A stretch of DNA of 64,000 nt from Eledone cirrhosa (lineage: Eukaryota): assembly GCA_964016885.1 (NCBI GenBank), contig OZ024740.1:223944001-224008000 (forward strand), written 5' to 3'. The notes under the pieces are model-generated. The model was not told where the DNA came from and ran no database searches. It saw only the letters and a program-made list of their open reading frames with translations. The position numbers and the translations under genes are program-made. Shown here one piece after another: positions 55,146-64,000 of the stretch (the stretch's first letter is position 1; each line of letters begins with the position of its first letter).

Positions 55146-55427
55146 GGAGGCACATGGCTTAGTGGTTAGAGCATTGGCCTTGCAATCGAAAGGTTGTGAG
55201 TTCAATTGTCAGACCGGGTGATGTGTTGTTTCCTTGAGCAAGACACTTTATTTCAAATTGCTCCAGTTTACTCAGCTGTAAAGTGGTCGTGGAGGTGCCA
55301 CGGCAAAAAAAGCACCCAGCACACACTGTAAATGAGGTTGGTGTTAGGAAGGGCATCCAGCTGTAGAAATCAAGCCAGAATCAGTTCCCGTCACACCCTT
55401 GCAAGCAGGGAAAAAGCGGACGTAAAA
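55146..55427 (+). mobile_element. Young CORE-like SINE with RTE tail A
   Basis: Near-identical to 54065-54399 and 62923-63260, with an internal deletion. Confidence 0.85.
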
Positions 55428-58214
55428 AAGGAAAAATAGGAAATATATATAGAGAGAGTAATATGCATTACATATCAATTAATAATATTACTTAGAATAT
55501 AATTCAGAGAAGCTTATAAATACGAATATAGAACCATCTCAAATAAGGCTCAAATTTGACTGAAGGGAAGATCACAGTGAAGTATTTTAAGAAACGTTAT
55601 AAGCATTGTTAATTCTGCACATGCGTGTATTATTGTGCCTCATGCTAGTATTATTGTGGGCATTCAAGAAGTCTGACAACTTATATATATTTTATCCCTC
55701 TTAAGTTGGTAACAGAAAATTTTCTCTAATGATCAAGCAAGTTTCTGCCAGAAATAAAGCATTTTAATTAATTGTGATGACTAGTTCTGTTAGTTTAGCT
55801 TGTGAAACTGCAGTAAGAGAGAGAAAAGAATGTATTAAGCCCTATGGATTTAAATCACTTGACATGTATTTTGCCTCTGGGGTGATATGCTTATAATGTT
55901 TCTTCTTTTAAAGTACTTTACTGCAATATTGCCTATAGTCATTTTTAGCCTTATTTGAGATGGTTCTATATTTGTGTTTATAAGCTTCTCTTAATTATAG
56001 TCTAAACGATATTATTGAGATACACTCACACACATATATATGGGGGTGGGTGTAATAGACTACCTCAAATGACAGAGAGGCTTTCCTAGAAGTGGTTGAC
56101 AGCTTTTGTTATGTAGGTGACATAATGAGCAGTTCGAGAGGATACTCTGAAAGCAGGGTAGCCAGGGAGACGTGGCAGGAAGAGGTTTAGAGGGCTAGTA
56201 CCTCTACTTTAAAAAAATACCTTCTCTTCCAGGGTGAAGAAAAGACATAATGATGCCTTTACTGAAATGCTATATGGTGATGAGACATATGCCATAACAG
56301 AACCCATTATAATATCACACTTTAGATGTATACTCCTAACCAATTAATGCCCCTTTCACTACCAAAAATAGTAGCTATTCTCACTATCAGTATCACCCAC
56401 AACCTACCCAACCTATAAACATCCCCCACTCTCTTGTACTATGCAAGGTCACTTATACTAAAATCCTGACATAGCAGCCATAACTCCTTGGTAGTTGTTA
56501 TCAGCACTATGCTATCAGGGTTCACAACCTCCTATATAATTTCTGTCAAATCCCAACACACATGTCATATCACTCTTCTATCATGGGCTAGAATGATCTC
56601 TTCAAATGAGTCAATGCCAACAACCAGTCTAGTAACAGTGAAAAAGGCATCAAGTGCAACTGGTAAGGTGGCTGGCTGTAGAGAACATGACACAAAAAAT
56701 TGAGAGAATGCTTCATTTGTGTCAAGAGCATGGCATTCTCCCTAGTGTTGCTAATTTACACAATAAAAACATCAGTACATTCTGTAAAGTGCTTGGTAAT
56801 AGGAAGTGTGAACAGCAATAGAAAACCAGACAAACTAAGGGTCAAGATATAACAGATTCTCTCGTGCCAATGGCATGAAAAAATACATTCATCAGAGTGC
56901 AGGAACATATATAAGAGAGATGGGGGACCCTTCTCTGTCTAAACACTTGAATGAGTGTAGGAATGTGTGTAAGTGAAACGCGCGTCTGTGACCCATCTAA
57001 AAGTTCAGTAATTCTGCTTGAGTATTGGTGCTCTGTTAAATGGTGGTGATGATGATATATACACCCTGTGACAGAATATCTACTCATTCCTTACCTCACT
57101 CACATCCCTGATTCCCTTTATTCTCACACAGCTGTAATGGCAGAGAAAGATGAGCATAACCTACAATGTGCTGCCAGACTCCACTCTAACCCCACCTTTA
57201 TTTCTTTCACTCCTTCTCTCAGCAAGCAACATGTAGTTTGCAACCTGCCCTCACCCCACACTCATCACAGCCCATCCAGCCTAACCAATGATGGCCCAAT
57301 AAGTGCACGTGTGTTGAAATGTGGTACTGTTGGCTCAACAATAAAATCCACTTAATGCACATCTTTAAAGTACTAATGCTTGTGACATGATAAAGTCCAC
57401 CCAATCCACCTTGTCAAGTGGTAGAACTGGGCCATGGTAATATGCATCAGGGAATAATTGCCATTAAGAAGGGCATCCATACAGAGAAACTGTGTGGAAT
57501 GGAATGTATGAGTTTGACACAGTCATGTGACCTGGCAAGCTTCAGAGTATAACAACCCAACTAACCATAATGAATATGCAAACCTTTCAGCCTGTCTGGG
57601 AAATCAGTATCCCTGCTTCAGTACAGACTTATTTTATGTAGACAGGTCCAAGCCTTGTTATCAGGGAAAGTGGATGTTAAAAAATGACAAAGATGATGAG
57701 GATGATGATGATGATATAGTTATATATATTGTTGATATTGTTATTGAACCTACATCATCACCAATGACAAGTGCTCCAGTTGGTTCAATCAAGGCAGCTA
57801 TCTGCTAATGAAATTAATATGTAAGTGGCTGAGCATTCTAAAGACTTGTACATAGTTAATTTTGATCTCAGAGAGATTTTGCATGAAACTGTGTATGACA
57901 GTTGCATTACTAGTACAACTTATTTTTGCAAAGAATGCATACACACACACACAAGTATATTAAATACAAATTCCAATACGTTTTTGCATTCATTACCTGT
58001 CTGATATATTTCTATAATTGATTTAACCACAACTTAAAAATAAGTATGGGTTGGCATCATGAAAGGTATCTAGCCATAGAAAAACTGCTTCAAAAATCCC
58101 AACCAAATCATGCTAACATGGAAATATTTAATATAAAACCGATGATGATGATAATGATGTATGTGGTGATTATGGTGATTGTGATTGCTTGATAAACTTT
58201 AATTCTCAATAAAA

Positions 58215-58530
58215 GTAAGGTAAAGACCCCCTTTGGGCACAAATGACCATGTGATTTGCACCTATAAATTCTCCTACGAAGTGCAGGTCTGGAGCAAGGC
58301 TGCTTGAGGAAGGCAAGCTGTCACCCATTGATACCAGCCTACCCTCTCCACACCACCGATGTTGTCCAAGGGAAATGAAAAGGCTGACATAACTTGGCAT
58401 CAGTGATGTTGCAACTCATCTCTACAGCTGAGTGAACTGGAGTAAGGTGAAATAAAGTGTCTTTCTCACTAACACAATGCAAAGCCCGGTCTGAAAATCG
58501 AGCTGACAACCACATGATTGTAAGCCCCAT
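58215..58530 (-). mobile_element. CORE-like SINE (group 2)
   Basis: Collinear with 46976-47311. Confidence 0.7.
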
Positions 58531-60605
58531 AATGTATTCATGTAAATGCACAATTTTTTCCAATATGCTCAGGATAGGTATGTTGAAGAAAGGAAATGAG
58601 CTGATCTCCAGGGTGATCTAAAGAAATTGTGTTTCTATTGGTCTTTCTTATGATGATACTCTCTGTCACTTACACCTCCAGTCAGAAGTGTCATTGCTTT
58701 TCTGGTGACCAGAGGTGAGATTTGAACTCAGAATACACAAGGCCAGAACAGGTACTGCAAAGCATCCTGTCTCTCGCTCTTTAATAATTTCCCCAATCCA
58801 CCACCTATGAACTGACGATTTGTTTATCGACCTCAAAATGATGAAAAACAAACATTATCTTGTTGAGATTTGAACTCAAAATGTAAAGAGCTGGAATCAA
58901 TTTCTGTAGCATGTATTCCTTTGCTCAAGTCTCTCTGCCAAATTACCATCTACATGGCTAAAAGTATATACTTATTCAGGTATTCAATGGAGAATATTTT
59001 GTCTATTACTCAAAATACATTTGTTTGCTACATTTTATTTGATTGAAAACTGTCTTTCACGAGCTAGCTCCTTTTAAAGAACTCATAGAAATGAGTCTGC
59101 ATCAATCAACATATTTCAAAATTGCAAAGGAGGGAAGATACCTTGCATATCAACATTTTTTCATTTAAAGTTTTATCTTCATTTAGGAATGTTGAGAAAC
59201 CCCTTTACATTCTATAATATTCCAATATTTGAAAGCTCATCTAACTGGCCTATTTTGCAAGGCAGCTGTAGCAACACAACACCAACAATGCATAAAACCA
59301 CATCTAATACTGCATCATTAGAAACCTTATTTTGCACACTAATTAATCTTAATCTACTTAATACAGCTTGCTTTTCATAGTTTTTATACAACACATTAGA
59401 TCTCTGAGAGGACTGAAAAGATGAAGCCTTTATGGTGCTCTTTGCAGATTAAGGACAGCACGAAAGGCAGGAAGTAAATAAATAAATAAATAAATAAATA
59501 AATATGTAAATATAAATTGAAGGAAATATTGGGAGGAAAGATTCAAAAACGGACGCTATTTATGTAGATGAGGCAAAGAAAAGAAAGCTGCTTGCTGAGA
59601 AATAACCTCAACAAGCCTGCAGTGACATTTCAGCTGGAGGGCTGGTGATAGAAGTTACTCTGTTCTGCTTGTCAGTTGAGAACAGTGACTAACTCACATA
59701 ATTTAATGGGATACAATCTTTCTGCAGGTCAAAAGAGGTTTCATCTGTTCCTCACAATAGAGATTCTCAAACTATTTTCATTTATTTTCCCTTTCCTTCC
59801 CAACTTGTGTCATCAGCTTCACCTTCCTTTTTCTTTCTTTCTTTTCCCTTCCATCTACTTCTCTTACAAATAATATAGTCTCTTCCCCCAAACATGTCTG
59901 CTTCTTTTTCACTCTAAATTATGTACAATCATACATGCACATGTATGTATACACACATACATTTACACACACACACTTACACACACATGTGCACTCGCAT
60001 GGACACACACACACACACATTTCTCTTAGACTGTCAACTTGTAAACAATTTCTCCATTATAACTTCCTTGTCCAAAAGCTTAGAATCATCTTATCTGTCT
60101 CCCTTGATATTTTCATACTTCTTTTTCCGTCTTTCTTCTTCTCTCTTGCTCTCCCTTACTTTCTTTCTGTTTTGTGACTCTCGCTCATTTTCTCTCTGTC
60201 TCCTTCTCACTATGACTCTCTTTCCTATTCTATTACTGCTGCTATGTCACTGCCTCTTTCCTCTTGTTTTCATCATACTCTCTTTTCTATACTTCTAGTT
60301 AGTTCCTTTCACTATCCAATTTAATCCTATTATATAACCTCATAAGTCACATTCTTTCCTTTCAGATATATTCATTTTCAGCCGTATTTACATATTTTAT
60401 GTATATCGCCCTTCCTTTTTTGACCAAAAGATTTTAGTGATTATTTCATATTACTGTCAATGTGTTATGCAATTAATTTTATCAATTTTTTCATGCAAAA
60501 CGACATGTATATAATGAAATTAATGGTCAGCATATTACTGGATGCACATTGACACAGCATACAAATATAATATACATTTTAAAAGTAATCTGTTTGTATT
60601 TAATA

Positions 60606-60780
60606 GGTGCAGACATGGCTATATGGTTAAGAAGTTTACTTCACAACCACATGGTTTGGGGTTCAGTCCCACTGTGTGGTTCCCTGGGCAAGTATATTTT
60701 ATCACAGTTTTGGGTCAGCCTGAGCCATGTCAGTGAAATTTGACTGACAGAAATCCTTTGAAGATCCTGAACACATACTG
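60606..60780 (+). mobile_element. Degenerate tRNA-derived SINE
   Basis: ggtgcagacatggctatatggttaagaag...gggttcagtcccactg...ctgggcaagt head. Confidence 0.55.
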
Positions 60781-61341
60781 AGGTATAGTGGTCTAATGAC
60801 TTTACCAGTCAATATAAATATGAGAGAAACCCAGAGAAAAAGAAGCCATATTCTGCTAGCCATCAGAGATTTCAGAGGAATATGTCTCTGGAAGGATTGC
60901 ATCTTTTATTTGATACCAAGGGTTTATCAGAGAATTTTGTGTTGCATGAATGAAATCCATTGTTAGGATGAAACACTGATAGTAGTTCTAGCTGTTGTTG
61001 TAGCCCCCTATCAACCCTGATTGACAAAGCCCATAAAATGTAGGCAGTTGACTGAATAACAAGATACAAATTCAACTTGCAAACACATGATGAAATTCTT
61101 CCTAGTGATTTTCAAAGAACCCTATCCTACTCAAAACATGACAGATGACAGACAATGACTAGAGAGATAATTGCTATAACTCATAGTACCTAACTTTTAC
61201 ATTGATGTATAATGGATGAGGAAGCTTGATGCAAAATACCTCAATTGTGAAAACTAATTTTCACAATTGTACATACATATAAATATACATGCACACATTT
61301 AAGAAAGTATATTCATTCTCTTTCTCTACCCTCTCCCCCTT

Positions 61342-61374
<33 letters not shown>

Positions 61375-62114
61375 TTATATATATATATATATATACATGC
61401 ATACATATGTATGTATGTGTATGTATATATATATATATATATAATCAGGGTGTGTAATGGCAACATAGCTAGAATGTCAAAGTTACACATTTTTACAGGT
61501 TAAAGGCAAAGAACAGGCTTCACTAAAATTTAATGTTGCAACAAATACTCATTACTCATCATTCATCCGAAAAATAACATAAAGACATTTGTGTATGTGA
61601 GAGTGCTTTTATGTGAGTGAGTGATTTTGTAAAACTCTATTTTGTACATAGGTGTATACAGATGGAATAAATATGTTTCCTATCTAGACATATGTGTTAA
61701 AAGATATAATGAGTTATTAGAAAACAATAATTCATGTTAAGTTTGACTTCAGCAATGTTTTGAATGTGAAGTGTATGTACATTGCTATCTTCCCGTGGCA
61801 TATATATTTTGCTCATTCAAACCTCATTTTATTCATTGCCATTTGCAAACTATCAATACTTTTCTTAAGTAGGTTTTGCCACTTCTTATATACTTTCAGT
61901 ATCCCTTTCCACTGTTAAATATAGTCAATAGCTGGTCTTCAGCCATACTCAGCCTTTATTGAAGGAATTTGACAATAATTTCCATTAAGTATATGACCAA
62001 TTGTAATGTTGTTCTTACTGTAAATACCAAATTGTCTGTATCAGATTCCTTAAGTAAATACTTTTATAATATATAGATTTCTGGAGACCTATGTTCATAA
62101 TACATTAGATTCTA

Positions 62115-63332
62115 TCAGTCTTCTGCCCTGGGGACATTGCCATCCACTGAGATGTACCCATTAGTAACAGAGTTAAATGCAGGCTCAAGAAAAGACCAAT
62201 TTAAGAAGAGGGTGAGAGAATAAAAGAAGAGAAACATTTCAAAAGCATTTAAAGAAAGAGTAAGTGTATTAAGGTGGCTATAAGACAGAAAAGATTGACA
62301 GAAATAGTATATGATAGGGATTGTTTGAGTTGAATGGCAAGTAAAAGGACTTCGAAAAATAAGACTGGTGTTGTCAACAAGAAAGTTAATCATAGGACAG
62401 TATTAATACACTGAGGCTTTTCTGTTGGTTATGAATATTGAAAGCAGAAAATACTCTGACACTACAAAATAAAGTCTTCATGCCAGTATTTATAGATTTT
62501 AGTTTTATGGCTGCAGCTATAAAATTGCATATAAATTTATATCTAGTAATGTGATAATTTTTAACAACAATTGAATGCATATTTTTTCTTATTTGAATGG
62601 AAACTATCACCAATTTTTTACACCTTCAGTCTTCAGCCCTGGGGACATTGCCATCCACTGAGATGTACCCATTAGTAACAAAGTTAAATGCAGGCTCAAG
62701 AAAAGACCAATTTAAGAAGAGGGTGAGAGAATAAAAGAAGAGAAACATTTCAAAAGCATTTAAAGAAATAGTCAGTGTATTAAAGTGGCTATAAGACAGA
62801 AATGATTGACAGAAATAGTATATGATAGGGATTGTTTGAGTTGAATGGCAAGTAAAAGGACTTGAAAAATAAGACTGGTTGTGTCAACAAGAAAATTAAT
62901 CATAGGACAGTATTAATACACTGAGGCACATGGCTTAGTGGTTAGAGCATTGGGCTTGCCATCGAAAGGTTGTGAGTTCAATTCTCAGTCCGGGTGATGT
63001 GTTGTTTCCTTGAGCAAGACACTTTATTTCACATTGCTCCAGTTTACTCATCTGTAGAAATGAGATGATAGGGACTGGAGTCCCTATCATTCCACTGCAA
63101 AGTGGTCGTGTAGGTGCCATGGCAAAAAAGCACCCAGCACTCACTGTAAATGAGGTTGGTGTTAGGAAGGGCATCCAGCTGTAGAAATCAAGCCAGAATC
63201 AGTTCCCGTCCCACCCTTGCAAGCAGGGAAAAGCGGACGTAAAATGATGATGATGATGATGAGGCTTTTCTGTTGGTTATGAATATTGAAAGCAGAAAAT
63301 ACTCTGACACTACAAAATAAAGTCTTCATGCC
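62115..63332. repeat. Local direct duplication (~370 bp; 62115-62484 and 62626-63332, second copy interrupted by a SINE)
   Basis: Near-identical sequence at offset 511. Confidence 0.9.
62923..63260 (+). mobile_element. Young full-length CORE-like SINE with tail A; TSD tgaggc
   Basis: Empty site visible in the first duplicate (ctgaggcttttc at ~62411). Confidence 0.9.
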
Positions 63333-63836
63333 TTGTCTTGGAACATGTAAATGCCACATGATTGAATGGTGGAGAAGTTAGCTCCACAATCACAAGGTCT
63401 CACGTTTAATCTCATCTTGTGGCATATTGAGGGTAATTTACCAAAGTGCCATTAGAACCCAAAATAGGTGATTGAAATTAGGTCCAGCGTAATACATTCT
63501 CAATCTTGTCAGCTGGGACCTTGTTATAAAGGTGTGTTACATGTGTTAGTATATCTCTACGAACGAGGATAAAACCAAAGTATTCACTAGGCGTAATTTT
63601 GAACTACCAATGAGATCACTACAATCAGACTCTGTATAAACAGTCTACTGACAGATCACCCACCGGTATATTAATTGGATGAATAGTCCATTCCATTGAT
63701 TGCACAACAGTAACAACATACATCGTCGAAACTGATGGAGATCCATTCCATTTTTCTTTGAAATTTTTCATGAGGACAATTCAGTCTCAAGAAATGTTTT
63801 AAAGTTTTGTATGTTGACTCTAGAAAAACCATAATC

Positions 63837-63941
63837 GTTTCTACTTTAGGCACAAGGCCAGCAATTATCCAGTGCATTACTGGTACTTTATTTTATCGAC
63901 CCCATAAGGATGAAAGGCAAAGTCAACCTCGGCGGGATTTA
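63837..63941 (-). mobile_element. 5'-truncated group 1 SINE
   Basis: Matches 5648-5755. Confidence 0.8.
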
Positions 63942-64000
63942 AACCATAATACAACATGTTTACTACTATCCATGTACATAACAGGTTTCATGTGGGATTC

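Noticed and set aside
55146-55225. tRNA gene (also the heads at 62923, 54399 and 35708)
   Set aside because: A and B boxes are present but continue into SINE body and LINE tail, with no complete cloverleaf.
59189-59394. Overlapping short ORFs as a host exon
   Set aside because: No recognisable domain and no convincing splice-site pair.

Overview
AT-rich eukaryotic non-coding DNA (intronic or intergenic), most likely a cephalopod such as an octopus, judging from the dense (TA)n/(CA)n/(GAT)n microsatellites and the SINE and LINE repertoire. I found no host protein-coding exon I can support; most listed ORFs are microsatellite translations or decayed transposons. The recognisable content is a transposon graveyard. 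It includes a 5'-truncated Penelope-like element (PLE; RT thumb plus C-terminal GIY-YIG, ~480-bp inverted pseudo-LTRs, 30001-32893), Tx1/L1-clade, RTE and R4/Dong-like LINE fragments, two tRNA-derived SINE groups, a hAT element with an 8-bp TSD and a Tc1/pogo-type MITE. The main hidden signal, found by reading both strands by eye, is a set of type I hammerhead ribozyme (HHR) motifs from about seven unrelated sequence families, most in short islands abutting (TA)n tracts. These include a 466-bp terminally redundant, retrozyme-like HHR unit (26141-26656), a ~310-bp fold-back with an HHR or HHR remnant at each end (10553-10864), and a repeated family of 'half-hammerhead' hairpins that all turn around at the same point. 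Ribozyme activity and the proposed mechanisms are inferences and untested.
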